26,026 nt of DNA from Candidatus Margulisiibacteriota bacterium (lineage in GTDB: Bacteria > Margulisbacteria > WOR-1 > O2-12-FULL-45-9 > XYB2-FULL-48-7), in NCBI GenBank assembly GCA_028717325.1, contig JAQUOB010000001.1:1-26026 (forward strand), written 5' to 3'. Positions 1-9,789 of this stretch are shown here, piece after piece. A model generated the notes under the pieces. The model ran no database searches. It worked only from the letters and a program-made list of their open reading frames with translations, and was not told the DNA's origin. Within the stretch, counting starts at the first letter, position 1. Each line of letters starts with the position of its first letter. Both the position numbers and the translations under genes were made by a program.

Positions 1-408
1 GCGGTCCAGATAATTTTGGAGGATGGCCGCGGCCGCCGATTTGTCGATGACCTGGCGGCGTTTTTCGCGGGACAGGCCGGCCTCGATCAGCACCCGCTCC
101 GACTCGACGGTCGTCAGCCGCTCGTCCCAGGCGACGATATTGAGCTTGAACTCTTGTTTCAGGGCCTCGATGAAGGCCAGGACTTTTTCGGCCTGGACGC
201 CGATCGCTCCGGCCATGGTCTTGGGCAGGCCGACGACGATCTCGTCCACGCCGTCGTATTTCTTGATCAGCCTTTTTATTTCCCTGATATCCGGCTCGAA
301 GGTTTCGCCCTTGCCGATCATGGCAATGCCGGTGGCGATGATCCCCAGCGGATCGGAAATAGCGACGCCTATTCTCTTATCTCCAAAATCAATACCCAGT
401 ATTCTCAT
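1..408 (-). CDS. ruvX: Holliday junction resolvase-like / pre-16S rRNA nuclease RuvX (YqgF), 3' end runs off the window
   Basis: Not in the ORF track. Manual translation from ATG at 408: [25 protein letters not shown]...IVVGLPKTM...[43 protein letters not shown]. These are typical YqgF motifs, and the position downstream of alaS is the usual one. Confidence 0.95.
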   Translation of the reverse strand, partial: [136 protein letters not shown]

Positions 409-420
409 AGCTTATTAAAC

Positions 421-456
421 TTTGGAAACCTGCGACTAAACGTCGCGGTTTCCAAA
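421..456 (-). repeat. REP-like imperfect hairpin, copy 1
   Basis: Minus strand reads TTTGGAAACCGCG-AC-GTTTA-GT-CGCAGGTTTCCAAA, a stem with one bulged A. Inverted relative to copy 2. Confidence 0.9.
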
Positions 457-497
457 AAACCAGGAACCGCGAAGTTCATTCGCAGGTTCCTGGTTTT
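456..497 (+). repeat. REP-like imperfect hairpin, copy 2
   Basis: AAAACCAGGAACCGCG-AA-GTTCA-TT-CGCAGGTTCCTGGTTTT, ending 1 nt from the alaS stop codon. Confidence 0.9.
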
Positions 498-498
498 A

Positions 499-3189
499 TT
501 ACGTTATCAGCTTTCTTATCGCCTCGAACCCGGCTTTGATCCTGGTCGGATCTTTGCCGCCGCCTTCGACTTTGGTCTCCTTGCCGCCGCCCTTGCCGCC
601 GACCAGGCCGGAGAAAACATCCGCCAGCTTTTTGGCCGACAGCCCTTTTTCGACCAGGTCGGGAGTTACCGTGATCAGATAGACCAGGCGGCCCGGCCAA
701 GTCGAGGCCAGGACCAGGACGCATGATTTTAACTGCTCTTGCACGGTATCGGATACGGTTCGCAGGACGTCCATGTTGTTTTCTTTAAAAACCTTGAACA
801 GCGATTTGACCCCGCCGATCTCTTCCAGCTCGGAGAGATAACTGCCGGCTTCGCTCCTGGCCTTTTTTACTTTGAGCCCTTCGATCTCCTTTTCCGCTTT
901 GGCCACCCGGTCTTTCAGCCAGTCGACCCGGCCGTAGAGATGGTCAAGGAATTTGTTAACGTTGACCGAATCGTGATTATCGATCGCTTTCGCTATCCGC
1001 TCCAGCTCCGTCGGCTCGATCTCGAAGATATTGGTCTCCATGCCTTTTGAACCGCCCAACTGCTCTTTCTCGATCTGTAGCAGACGGTATTTGCGAATCA
1101 TGCCCTCCACTTCGTCGTGCAGTGATTTGACCTTGAAAACGACAAAAACCTTGGCGGTCTGGCCCGCGATCGCTTCGAGCCGGCGCACCCCCGAACCGAG
1201 CGCGCCTTCCGAGATGATCTTGAAAAACTGGATATCGCCCGTCGATTTGACGTGCGTCCCGCCGCAGAGTTCGGTGCTGTAATCATCAACCTTCAAGACC
1301 CTGACCTGGTCGCCGTATTTTTCTCCGAACAGCGCCATCGCGCCCATGGCCACGGCTTCTTTGTACGATTTGCGCAGGACCTCGACTTTGATCTTTTCGG
1401 CGATCTTGCGGTTGACCGCCTGTTCCACCTTTTGCAGTTCTTCGAGCGAGACGGCGTGGAAATGGTTGAAGTCGAACCGGAGTTTTTCCGGACCGACGTA
1501 AGAGCCGGCTTGTTTAACGTGTTCGCCCAACAGGTCGCGCAGCGCCCGGTGCAGGAGATGGGTTGCCGTGTGGTGAGCTTCGGTCGCTTTTCTTTTAGAG
1601 ACATCGATCAGCGCCTTGACCCGGACATCGGTTTTAAGCCCTTTCAATTCATCAACCACGTGCAAAACGATCCCCCGGGGCGAAATGTAAGTGTTCACGA
1701 CCCTGATCTCGTTCTTGTCCCAGGCGAGGATCCCGGTATCGCCCGCCTGCCCCCCGCTCTCGCCGTAAAACGGGGTCTTTTCGAGCACGACCACGTTGTG
1801 CGACGGAAAAACCGCGATCACTTTCGATTCTTCCGCGCTCTTTTCGTAGCCGACAAAATTGGTCGCCGGATAGGCGGCGAGGTCAAGCGCGGTCAGGTCG
1901 GTCTTTTTCTCCGCCGGCTGGCCTTTGCGCGCCCGCTCTCTCTGGGCTTCCATCTCTTTTTCAAAACCGGCCTGGTCGATGTTAATGCCTTTTTCTTTGG
2001 CCAGTTCGACCGTCAGCTCCATCGGAAAGCCGTAGGTGTCGTGCAGTTTAAAGACCTCCGCGCCTGAGATCAGCTTGTCCTCCGCGTGTTTGGCCGCGGT
2101 CTCGGCGAACCATTTCATCCCCTGCTCCAGCGTGGCGAAGAAATTTTCCTCTTCTTCCTTGATCGTCGCGACAATATTATTTTCTTTTTCCGCCAATTGG
2201 GGATAAGCGTCTTTCATATCGGCAATGACTTCGCGGGACAACTCATTGAGGAACGGTTTATCAATGCCCAGCCGCTTGCCGTGGGAAATAGCTCGCCGGA
2301 TCAGCCGCCGCAGGACGTAGCCGCGGCCCAGGTTGGAGGGAAAAACCCCGTCGGAGATCAGGTGCGTGACCGCCCTGATGTGGTCGGCGATGATCCTGAC
2401 CGAAACGGGCGAATCGGCCGATCTTAGCGCCTCGACTTTTTTCATCAGCGGCGCGAACAGGTCGGTCTCGAAATTATCGTCAACGCCCTGCAGGACCGCG
2501 GTTATCCGCTCCAGCCCCATGCCGGTATCGATCCCTTTTTGCTTGAGCGGGACCAGTTCGCCTTTTTCGTTGCGGTTGTAGGAGATAAAGACCAGGTTCC
2601 AGACCTCGAGGAACCGGTCGCAGTCGCAGCCCGGCGAACAGTCGGGCTTGCCGCAGCCCTTGCCCTCTCCCATATCATAATAGATCTCCGAACATGGCCC
2701 GCAGGGGCCGGTCGGGCCGACCGCCCAGAAATTGTTGTCTTCGCCCAGCCGGAAGATGATCTCTTTGGGCAGGCCGATATCCTTGTGCCAGATGTCGTAG
2801 GCCTCATCGTCTTTTTCATAGACCGCGATCTTTAATCTCTGCACCGGTATCTTGAATTCTTTGGTCAACAGCTCCCAGGCGAACTGGATCGCCTCTTTTT
2901 TGAAATAATCGCCGAACGAAAAATTACCGAGCATTTCAAAAAAGGTGTGGTGGCGAGGCGTTACGCCGACATTCTCGACGTCGTTCATCCTCATGCATTT
3001 CTGGACCGTGGTCGCCCTTTTATGGGCCGGTTTTTCCTGGCCCAAAAAGATCGGCTTGAACTGGAGCATGCCCGCCAGCGTTAAAAGGACCGTGGGATCG
3101 GTCGGCACCAGGGGGGATCCGGGCAACACTTTATGGCCCTTGGCCTCAAAGAAGGCCAGGAATTTAGTTCTGATCTCCGAGCTTTGCAT
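499..3189 (-). CDS. alaS: Alanine--tRNA ligase
   Basis: 896 aa. Motifs DPTVLLTLAGMLQFKP, RHHTFFEMLGNFSFGDYFK, DTGMGLER, editing HTATHLLH and ELCGGTHV, C-terminal GGKGGG. GGGAG RBS upstream. Confidence 0.99.
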   Translation of the reverse strand: MQSSEIRTKFLAFFEAKGHKVLPGSPLVPTDPTVLLTLAGMLQFKPIFLGQEKPAHKRATTVQKCMRMNDVENVGVTPRHHTFFEMLGNFSFGDYFKKEAIQFAWELLTKEFKIPVQRLKIAVYEKDDEAYDIWHKDIGLPKEIIFRLGEDNNFWAVGPTGPCGPCSEIYYDMGEGKGCGKPDCSPGCDCDRFLEVWNLVFISYNRNEKGELVPLKQKGIDTGMGLERITAVLQGVDDNFETDLFAPLMKKVEALRSADSPVSVRIIADHIRAVTHLISDGVFPSNLGRGYVLRRLIRRAISHGKRLGIDKPFLNELSREVIADMKDAYPQLAEKENNIVATIKEEEENFFATLEQGMKWFAETAAKHAEDKLISGAEVFKLHDTYGFPMELTVELAKEKGINIDQAGFEKEMEAQRERARKGQPAEKKTDLTALDLAAYPATNFVGYEKSAEESKVIAVFPSHNVVVLEKTPFYGESGGQAGDTGILAWDKNEIRVVNTYISPRGIVLHVVDELKGLKTDVRVKALIDVSKRKATEAHHTATHLLHRALRDLLGEHVKQAGSYVGPEKLRFDFNHFHAVSLEELQKVEQAVNRKIAEKIKVEVLRKSYKEAVAMGAMALFGEKYGDQVRVLKVDDYSTELCGGTHVKSTGDIQFFKIISEGALGSGVRRLEAIAGQTAKVFVVFKVKSLHDEVEGMIRKYRLLQIEKEQLGGSKGMETNIFEIEPTELERIAKAIDNHDSVNVNKFLDHLYGRVDWLKDRVAKAEKEIEGLKVKKARSEAGSYLSELEEIGGVKSLFKVFKENNMDVLRTVSDTVQEQLKSCVLVLASTWPGRLVYLITVTPDLVEKGLSAKKLADVFSGLVGGKGGGKETKVEGGGKDPTRIKAGFEAIRKLIT

Positions 3190-3784
3190 CGATTGTCTCC
3201 CTTATTTTGTTCTGTATCTCTTCGATCGTTTGATCGTCCGTATTGATGACCACAAACCGCGCGGGATCGTCTTTGGCGATCCGCAGATAACTCTTGCGCA
3301 CTCGCGTATGGAAATCGATCGCTTCCTGCTCGAACCGGTCGGCTTTGCCGTGCTGGGTGGCGCGCTTCAAGCCGATCTCGGGCGAAACATCGAGCAGAAA
3401 CGTCAGGTCGGGCACCAGGCCTTTAGATGAGACCATGTTCAAGTACCTGACCAGGTCTTCGGGCAGGCGCCGGCCGCCGATCTGGTAAGCCAGCGTCGAA
3501 TCGATGAAGCGGTCGGAGATAACGATCTTGTCTTCGTTCAAAGCCGGCAGAATTATCTTGCTGACGTGTTCCGACCGGTCGGCCGCGAAAAGATAAACTT
3601 CCGTCGTCTCATCCAGCACGCTTTCCGGTTTTAACAGCAGCGAGCGGATCTCTTTGCCGACCTGCGTGCCGCCGGGCTCAAAGGTCAGCAGGACGCGCAA
3701 GCCCTTGCCTTCGATATAAGATTTCAATCGCTTGGAATGGGTCGATTTGCCACAACCCTCCGGACCTTCGAACGTAATGAACAT
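3164..3784 (-). CDS. tmk: Thymidylate kinase
   Basis: MFITFEGPEGCGKST P-loop, TFEPGGT, LFAADR, SDRFIDSTLAYQ. Confidence 0.98.
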   Translation of the reverse strand: MFITFEGPEGCGKSTHSKRLKSYIEGKGLRVLLTFEPGGTQVGKEIRSLLLKPESVLDETTEVYLFAADRSEHVSKIILPALNEDKIVISDRFIDSTLAYQIGGRRLPEDLVRYLNMVSSKGLVPDLTFLLDVSPEIGLKRATQHGKADRFEQEAIDFHTRVRKSYLRIAKDDPARFVVINTDDQTIEEIQNKIRETIDAKLGDQN

Positions 3785-3805
3785 AGTTTTTTCCCTTTCC
3801 GCTGA

Positions 3806-5296
3806 TTAAGGTGTGGCTAAACTAAAGCCCAGCATGAATTCATTGCGCAGCGAGCGATAAGTGACCTCTAAATTATAGCAGTGTAATACAAAAAATAAAG
3901 TGTAATCTATGTCCTCGGGTGACCAGTTATCGAGATAATATGAAGCGGCGATCCGGCATTTTGTTTCGCCCAGCTTGAACATTAGATTAGGCGAGAGCTT
4001 GTCCGCCGCTCGAAATCGGTAGAGTTCGTAGTTGAACGGGCTCAAGCCGTCAAAGTAGAGATAGTGCTGGTAGCCGACGCTGAGCGCGAGGTCCCGCGAG
4101 AAGGGCTTGTTGACCTCCAGGCCGAGCGATGGCTTGACCCATTTGGCTCCGCTGGAATAATAGAGCGAGTCCCACAGGAAAAAGGGAGTGATAAAGCCGG
4201 TTGGTGTTTCGGGCAGCCGGCCGTACAACTTGAGCTTGCCGCCGCCGCGGAGCAATCTGGTGTTGCCCTCTTCGGCCACGCGGCCCGCGTCGATCTCGTA
4301 ATCGTATTTCACTTCCGGCCTGATCAAACTGCCGCCGCGCGAATATAGTTGAAGGTTGGGCGTCAGGCTGACCCGCTGGTAATTTATCCTTTCTCGGGAA
4401 GAAAGAGTGACGGCTAATTCGTACTGGCGGTATTGGGGCGAAAGGGAAAAATCGAGCGGCGTTTTTTCCCGCTCCTCGACCTGGTCGCCGAACGACAGAA
4501 TATGCGTTATGCCGCCGAAACTCCTGTCTTTGCCGTTCCAGTTCAGCCGGATATCGCCGGAATTTTGGCCGTTAATTTTGTAGTTTGCCGTCGCGCCCAA
4601 ACCCAGCCCCTTATTGGCGAAATAGCTTAATAAATATGTGCCGTTGAACTCGCGGCGCAGGTTCCAGGCCAGGGTTTCGGTGATGTAGCCGCCGTCTTCG
4701 CTGTTCGAGCCGATGTCCGGAAAAGGGGTCTGTGCCCTCTCCTTGCCGCTGAAATCATAAACATAAGTCGGCATGGGCACGACCGGTATCTTGCCCAGCC
4801 AGAAATAGCCCCAGTAGGCGACCATCCAGCGGTCTTTCGGATATAACGTGATGTCCGCCGCGGTCACGTGATAGTGCGGTCCGGGCAGGTTACAGGTCGT
4901 AAAGTTGGCGCTTTTGAGATCGAATTTTTCGTCGTTAAAATTGAGGGAGCCACCGCCCAGGATGACGCCGCGGTAGAGAAAATTAAACCGGTCGGCCGTG
5001 CCGCGGCGCGCGGCGATATCGTAGTCAAGGGTCTCGCCCTCCAGCGTCGTGCCGTTGTATAAGAAGACAAAGCCCTTATCGGCGTGAAAGGTTTCGGCCG
5101 AAGAGTTATAGATCAGGTGCTGGCCGCGTAAAAGGATGTCCTGGTAATTGACTTCCACCGAGCCGGTCGCTTCGACGCGGTTCTTTTCTTTTTCATACGA
5201 AACCCGGTCCGCGTTTATTGTCAGGTCTTTGATCTGGGCGTAGAGGGGAAAGATTATTAGTAAAGAGAGGCAAACCGCGCTAAGTAACTTCTTCAT
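3806..5296 (-). CDS. LptD/OstA-family outer-membrane protein (compact)
   Basis: Signal peptide MKKLLSAVCLSLLIIFPLYA. OstA-like beta-jellyroll start (INADRVSY...EATGSVEVNY...GETLDYD), FTTC..P.PHYHVTA motif typical of LptD, and an aromatic-rich beta-strand C-terminal half. Confidence 0.75.
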   Translation of the reverse strand: MKKLLSAVCLSLLIIFPLYAQIKDLTINADRVSYEKEKNRVEATGSVEVNYQDILLRGQHLIYNSSAETFHADKGFVFLYNGTTLEGETLDYDIAARRGTADRFNFLYRGVILGGGSLNFNDEKFDLKSANFTTCNLPGPHYHVTAADITLYPKDRWMVAYWGYFWLGKIPVVPMPTYVYDFSGKERAQTPFPDIGSNSEDGGYITETLAWNLRREFNGTYLLSYFANKGLGLGATANYKINGQNSGDIRLNWNGKDRSFGGITHILSFGDQVEEREKTPLDFSLSPQYRQYELAVTLSSRERINYQRVSLTPNLQLYSRGGSLIRPEVKYDYEIDAGRVAEEGNTRLLRGGGKLKLYGRLPETPTGFITPFFLWDSLYYSSGAKWVKPSLGLEVNKPFSRDLALSVGYQHYLYFDGLSPFNYELYRFRAADKLSPNLMFKLGETKCRIAASYYLDNWSPEDIDYTLFFVLHCYNLEVTYRSLRNEFMLGFSLATP

Positions 5297-6617
5297 AGCG
5301 CGTTTCTTTGCTGCAGAACTTCGCGATCTCCTTGCGGAAAACCAGTTCCACGGTGCCGATCGGGCCGTTTCTCTGCTTGGCGATCATAATTTCGGCAATA
5401 TTGCCGCGATCGGACTGCGGGTTGTAATAATCTTCGCGGTGAATGAACATGACGAGATCGGCCGTCTGCTCGATCTCACCCGATTCGCGCAGGTCGGAAA
5501 GCCGGGGGATCCGGTCCGGCCTCTGCTCCACCGCTCTCGACAGCTGTGACAGGGCGATGACCGGGACATCGAGTTCCCTGGCCAGCGTTTTGAGCGAGCG
5601 GGCGATGTCGGAAATTTCCTGGACGCGATTTTCTATCCGGTTCCGGCCCCTCATCAGCTGTAAATAATCAACGATGACCAGCCCCAGCCCGCGCTCGATC
5701 TTGAGCCGGCGGGCCTTGGCCCTGATCTCCGTGGCGGTGATCGAAGCCGAGTCGTCGATATAAAGCGGCGCTTCGGACAGCTTGCCCAGCGCCCGCGTCA
5801 GCTTTTTCCAGCCGGTATCGGATAAACTGGCTGTCTTGAGACGTTGGGCGTCGACTTCCGCCTCTGAACAGAGCATCCTTTGCGCCAGCTGTTCTTTGCT
5901 CATTTCCAGCGAAAAGATGGCGACCGGGATGTTGTGTTTGATCGCGACCTGCTGGGCGATATTTAAAGCAAAAGCGGTCTTGCCGACCGACGGGCGCGCC
6001 GCGATAATGATCAGGTCGGCGTTCTGGAAACCGGCGGTCAGCTGGTCAAGATCGGGATAACCCGAAGGCGTCCCGGTAATGGCCTCTTTTTTGCCGTAGA
6101 GCGAATCGATCTTATCGAGCACCCGTTTAATGACCGAATCGATCTTGTGGAAGCCCTCGCGGCTGCGCTTCAGGGCGATATCAAAGATGTTCTTTTCCGC
6201 CTCGTCGAGGATCTGGTCGACGTCTTCCGGCTCCGAAAAGGCGGCCGAAACGATCTGGGTGCCGGATTCGATCAGCCGGCGCAAGACATATTTTTCTTCG
6301 ACGATCTTGGCGTAGTGCTCCACGTTGGCGGAGGTCGGCACGGAATTGATCAGGTCGGTCACATAAACGGCCCCGCCGACCGCGTCAAGTTTGCCGGATT
6401 TTCTTAAGGCTTCTGTCACGGTTACCAGGTCGACCGGTTCGCCGCGGTCAAAGAGGTCTAGGATCGCTTCATAGATAAAGCGGTGGGCGTCGCGGTAAAA
6501 GCTGTCGGGCCGGAGCAGTTCGATCACGCGGACGACGGCGTTCTTGTCGAGCAGCATGGAACCGATGACCGATTGTTCGGCGGCTAAGTTTTGCGGGGGA
6601 ATTCTCTCATCGGCCAT
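5280..6617 (-). CDS. dnaB: Replicative DNA helicase
   Basis: PPQNLAAEQSVIGSML, Walker A AARPSVGKT, FSLEM, VDYLQLM, LSQLSR, DLRESGEIEQTAD, KQRNGP. No intein. Confidence 0.99.
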   Translation of the reverse strand: MADERIPPQNLAAEQSVIGSMLLDKNAVVRVIELLRPDSFYRDAHRFIYEAILDLFDRGEPVDLVTVTEALRKSGKLDAVGGAVYVTDLINSVPTSANVEHYAKIVEEKYVLRRLIESGTQIVSAAFSEPEDVDQILDEAEKNIFDIALKRSREGFHKIDSVIKRVLDKIDSLYGKKEAITGTPSGYPDLDQLTAGFQNADLIIIAARPSVGKTAFALNIAQQVAIKHNIPVAIFSLEMSKEQLAQRMLCSEAEVDAQRLKTASLSDTGWKKLTRALGKLSEAPLYIDDSASITATEIRAKARRLKIERGLGLVIVDYLQLMRGRNRIENRVQEISDIARSLKTLARELDVPVIALSQLSRAVEQRPDRIPRLSDLRESGEIEQTADLVMFIHREDYYNPQSDRGNIAEIMIAKQRNGPIGTVELVFRKEIAKFCSKETRYEEVT

Positions 6618-6626
6618 AGTTTATTA

Positions 6627-6655
6627 ATTTTAACCTTCTTTACTCATTTATTCAA
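6627..6655 (-). promoter_or_regulatory. Sigma70-type promoter for dnaB (likely leaderless)
   Basis: TTGAAT (6655-6650), 17 nt spacer, TAAAAT (6632-6627). The ATG is 9 nt after the -10 and no SD lies in between. Confidence 0.65.
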
Positions 6656-6665
6656 GAAAAAGATA

Positions 6666-6724
6666 TCTTTGAGTCTTAGAGACTTAGAGGCATTTTTTGC
6701 CTCAAAGACTCAAAGTCTCTAAGA
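6666..6724. repeat. Palindrome built from 8-bp units (probable terminator of the small ORF)
   Basis: TC-TTTGAGTC-TTAGAGAC-TTAGAGGCA-TTTT-TGCCTCAAA-GACTCAAA-GTCTCTAA-GA. It begins 1 nt after the stop of the 37-aa ORF and is followed by a T-rich tract on the minus strand. Confidence 0.7.
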
Positions 6725-6725
6725 A

Positions 6726-6839
6726 TTACTGTCCGAATCCCGGATACTTCGGTGGTTTGTACTGGCCTTTCCAGATCGTTATATAGACCACGACAATAAT
6801 TAATATTATTAAGACCAGGACGCTTTGCGCGAATGACAT
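6726..6839 (-). CDS. 37-aa single-pass membrane peptide, unknown function
   Basis: Manual translation MSFAQSVLVLIILIIVVVYITIWKGQYKPPKYPGFGQ*. Hydrophobic helix followed by a basic/Pro tail, co-oriented with neighbours, purine-rich GAGGTTGGAAG upstream. Confidence 0.65.
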   Translation of the reverse strand: MSFAQSVLVLIILIIVVVYITIWKGQYKPPKYPGFGQ

Positions 6840-6845
6840 TATCTT

Positions 6846-6973
6846 AAACTTCCAACCTCAAACTTCAAACATCCAAACAAATCCCAATTTTTAAGGCCCA
6901 ATGCACAATCTTTTGAATTTGATATTTGATTATTGGTTATTGTTTTGAAGTTGGATGTTGGAGGTTTGAAGTT
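6846..6973. repeat. Imperfect palindrome of heptameric tandem repeats
   Basis: Left arm AAACTTC-CAACCTC-AAACTTC-AAACATC-CAAACAA-ATCCCAA..., right arm ...TTTGAAG-TTGGATG-TTGGAGG-TTTGAAG-TT. Abuts the uvrA stop codon. Confidence 0.85.
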
Positions 6974-9780
6974 CATAAGAGTACCTTCTTTAGGTATTTT
7001 CCGGTGTAGCTCTGAGGATTCTTCGCTACTTCTTCGGGTGTTCCGGCCGCGATCACCCTGCCCCCCTCATCCCCGCCCTCCGGCCCCAGGTCGATCACGT
7101 GGTCGGCGGTCTTGATCACGTCCAGGTTGTGTTCGATCATGATGACCGAATTGCCGGTCGAGACGAGACGATGAAGGACTTCTAATAGCTTTTTAATATC
7201 ATCAAAGTGCAGGCCGGTCGTTGGCTCGTCGAGCAGATAAAGCGTGCGGCCGGTCGAGCGCGCCGCCAGCTCCGTCGCCAGCTTGACCCGCTGGGCTTCG
7301 CCGCCAGAGAGCGTCGTCGCCTGCTGGCCGAGTTTGATATAACCGAGGCCGACATCGACCAGGGACCGCAGTTTGCGGTTGATCTGCGGGATGTGCTGGA
7401 AGAATTCCAAAGCCTCATCTGCGGTCAGCTTTAAAATGTCCGAGATATTCTTACCTTTATAATAGACCTCCAGTGTTTCACGGTTGTACCGTTCGCCTTT
7501 GCAGGTGTCGCAAGGCACATAGACATCGGGCAGAAAGTGCATCTCGATCTTGACCAGCCCGTCACCGTGGCAGGTTTCGCAGCGCCCGCCCTTGACGTTA
7601 AACGAGAACCGGCCGTTCTTATAGCCGCGCATGCGCGACTCCTGCGTCAACGTGAAGAGTTCGCGGATATGATCAAAAACACCGGTATAGGTCGCCGGAT
7701 TTGAGCGCGGCGTCCGGCCGATCGGCGTCTGGTCGATGATGACGACTTTATCGATGTTCTCGATCCCGGTTATCTTATCGTGAGTCCCGGCCTTTTCGAT
7801 CGACCGGTAAAAATACTTTGATAACGCTTTGTATAAAATGTCGTTGATCAGGGAGCTTTTCCCGGAGCCGGAGACGCCGGTTACCGCGGTGAACGTGCCG
7901 AGAGGAAAAGAGACATCGATATTTTTAAGGTTATGGAATTTGGCACCCTTAATAGTTAAAAAATTGCCATTGCCTTTTTGCCTGGCTTTCGGCGTCTCGA
8001 TCTCCAGCTTGCCAGAAAGATATTTACCGGTAAGCGATTTTGGCGAAGAAAGCAGTTGTGACAGCGAACCTTCGGCGATGATCTCGCCGCCGTGCCGGCC
8101 CGCTCCCGGCCCAATATCAACTAAATGGTCGGCCGACCGGATCGTCTCTTCGTCGTGTTCAACGACAATGATCGTATTGCCCAGGTCTCTTAAACGGAAC
8201 AGCGTCTCGATCAGCCGCCGGTTGTCGCGCTGATGCAGGCCGATCGAAGGTTCATCGAGAATGTAAAGGACACCGACCAGGCCGGAACCGACCTGGGTTG
8301 CCAACCGGGTCCGTTGAGCTTCACCGCCGGACAGCGAGGCGGATTGCCGGTCCAAAGTCACGTAATCAAGACCGACGTCGATCAGGAACTTTAACCGAGC
8401 TCGGATCTCTTTTATGATCTGCTTGGCGATCGTCTGCTCCCGCTCGGTCAATTTTAACCCGTCGAGAAACTCGGAGACCTTCTTGATCGGCAAAGCCGAT
8501 ACCTGCGCGATCGACTGTCCACCGATCTTGACGGCTAAACTTTCCGGCCGCAAACGCTGGCCCTGGCAGGCGGCGCACGGCACCGAGCTCATGTAACGGT
8601 AAAGATAATAGCGGACATTCTCCGATTTGGTCTCGTAATAGCGGCGTTTGAGATTATTAAGGACCCCTTCGTATTCCCCCTCATGCTCCCAGTAGCCGCG
8701 ATTCATCTCGTACTTAAACCTGATCGGTTTTTTACTGCCGTAGAGGATCACGTTCAACTGCTCTTTGGTCAGCTTTTTGATCGGCGTGTTGAGGTCAAAC
8801 CCGTATTGCTCGCCAACGGCGCGAAGTTTCTGCAAATAATAAGAAGCCGCTTCGCCCCAGGGCGCGATCGCCCCTTCACCGATAGTTAAATTTTTGTCGG
8901 GCAGGATGAGGTCCGGATCGAATTCGAGTTTGTCTCCCAACCCGTCGCAGACGGGACAAGCCCCGTACGGAGTATTGAAAGAAAAGATGCGCGGCGTGAT
9001 CTCATCGAGCGAGATGCCGCAATCGGGACAGGCGAATTTTTCCGAATAGACGTCTTCTTTTGAGCCATAATTAACGATGACCAGGCCGTTGCCGTACTTG
9101 AGCGCGGTCTCGACCGATTCGGCCATCCGCTTTTTATTAGTGGCTTTGATCGTCAACCGGTCGATCACGATCTCAACGTTGTGGCGTGTTTTTTTATTGA
9201 TGCCCGGCACATCGGCGATCTCATAGATCTTTTTATCGACCCTGACCCGCAAAAAGCCGTCCTTGGCGACGTCGGTGAACAGCTCTTTGTATTCGCCTTT
9301 TTTGCCGCGGATGACCGGTGCCAGCAGATTGACCATCGTCCCTTCGGGTAATTTGAAGATCTTGTCGACGATCTGCTGGACCGTCTGCCGCTCGATCTTG
9401 CGGCTGCATTTGGGACAATGCGGCCCGCCGATGTTAGCGAACAATAAGCGCATATAATCGTATATTTCGGTGACGGTGCCGACGGTTGAGCGCGGGTTTC
9501 TGGGAGGAGCTTTCTGGTCGATGGAAATCGCCGGCGACAGCCCTTCTATGTAGTCAACGTCCGGTTTGCGCATCTGCTCGAGGAACTGGCGGGCGTAAGC
9601 CGACAGCGATTCCACATACCGGCGCTGTCCCTCGGCGTAGATCGTGTCGAAAGCCAGTGACGATTTACCTGAGCCGGAGATACCGGTAAAAACTATGAAT
9701 TTGTTGCGCGGCAGCTCCAGGTGCACATTCTTGAGGTTGTGCTCCCGCGCGCCTTTAATTACGATCTTTTCCGCTTCCAT
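6973..9780 (-). CDS. uvrA: Excinuclease ABC subunit A
   Basis: 935 aa. Two ABC ATPase modules ([18 protein letters not shown], two LSGGEAQR signatures, DEPSIG/DEPTTG), CxxC zinc fingers, GGGAG RBS. Confidence 0.99.
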   Translation of the reverse strand: MEAEKIVIKGAREHNLKNVHLELPRNKFIVFTGISGSGKSSLAFDTIYAEGQRRYVESLSAYARQFLEQMRKPDVDYIEGLSPAISIDQKAPPRNPRSTVGTVTEIYDYMRLLFANIGGPHCPKCSRKIERQTVQQIVDKIFKLPEGTMVNLLAPVIRGKKGEYKELFTDVAKDGFLRVRVDKKIYEIADVPGINKKTRHNVEIVIDRLTIKATNKKRMAESVETALKYGNGLVIVNYGSKEDVYSEKFACPDCGISLDEITPRIFSFNTPYGACPVCDGLGDKLEFDPDLILPDKNLTIGEGAIAPWGEAASYYLQKLRAVGEQYGFDLNTPIKKLTKEQLNVILYGSKKPIRFKYEMNRGYWEHEGEYEGVLNNLKRRYYETKSENVRYYLYRYMSSVPCAACQGQRLRPESLAVKIGGQSIAQVSALPIKKVSEFLDGLKLTEREQTIAKQIIKEIRARLKFLIDVGLDYVTLDRQSASLSGGEAQRTRLATQVGSGLVGVLYILDEPSIGLHQRDNRRLIETLFRLRDLGNTIIVVEHDEETIRSADHLVDIGPGAGRHGGEIIAEGSLSQLLSSPKSLTGKYLSGKLEIETPKARQKGNGNFLTIKGAKFHNLKNIDVSFPLGTFTAVTGVSGSGKSSLINDILYKALSKYFYRSIEKAGTHDKITGIENIDKVVIIDQTPIGRTPRSNPATYTGVFDHIRELFTLTQESRMRGYKNGRFSFNVKGGRCETCHGDGLVKIEMHFLPDVYVPCDTCKGERYNRETLEVYYKGKNISDILKLTADEALEFFQHIPQINRKLRSLVDVGLGYIKLGQQATTLSGGEAQRVKLATELAARSTGRTLYLLDEPTTGLHFDDIKKLLEVLHRLVSTGNSVIMIEHNLDVIKTADHVIDLGPEGGDEGGRVIAAGTPEEVAKNPQSYTGKYLKKVLL

Positions 9781-9789
9781 TAATACTCC

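Noticed and set aside
421-497. CRISPR array interpretation of the repeated hairpins
   Set aside because: Copies are dispersed or inverted, there are no regular unique spacers, and no cas genes are present.
421-497. Hairpins as ordinary rho-independent terminators
   Set aside because: The same core occurs inside mutS and tnpA coding sequence, has a conserved bulge and loop, and lacks a consistent U-tract. A secondary terminator role at intergenic copies is not excluded.
16-2835. Long plus-strand ORFs (16..726, 1252..2067, 2086..2427 and others)
   Set aside because: Antisense shadows of ruvX and alaS with no recognisable motifs. This is expected from GC-rich codon usage.
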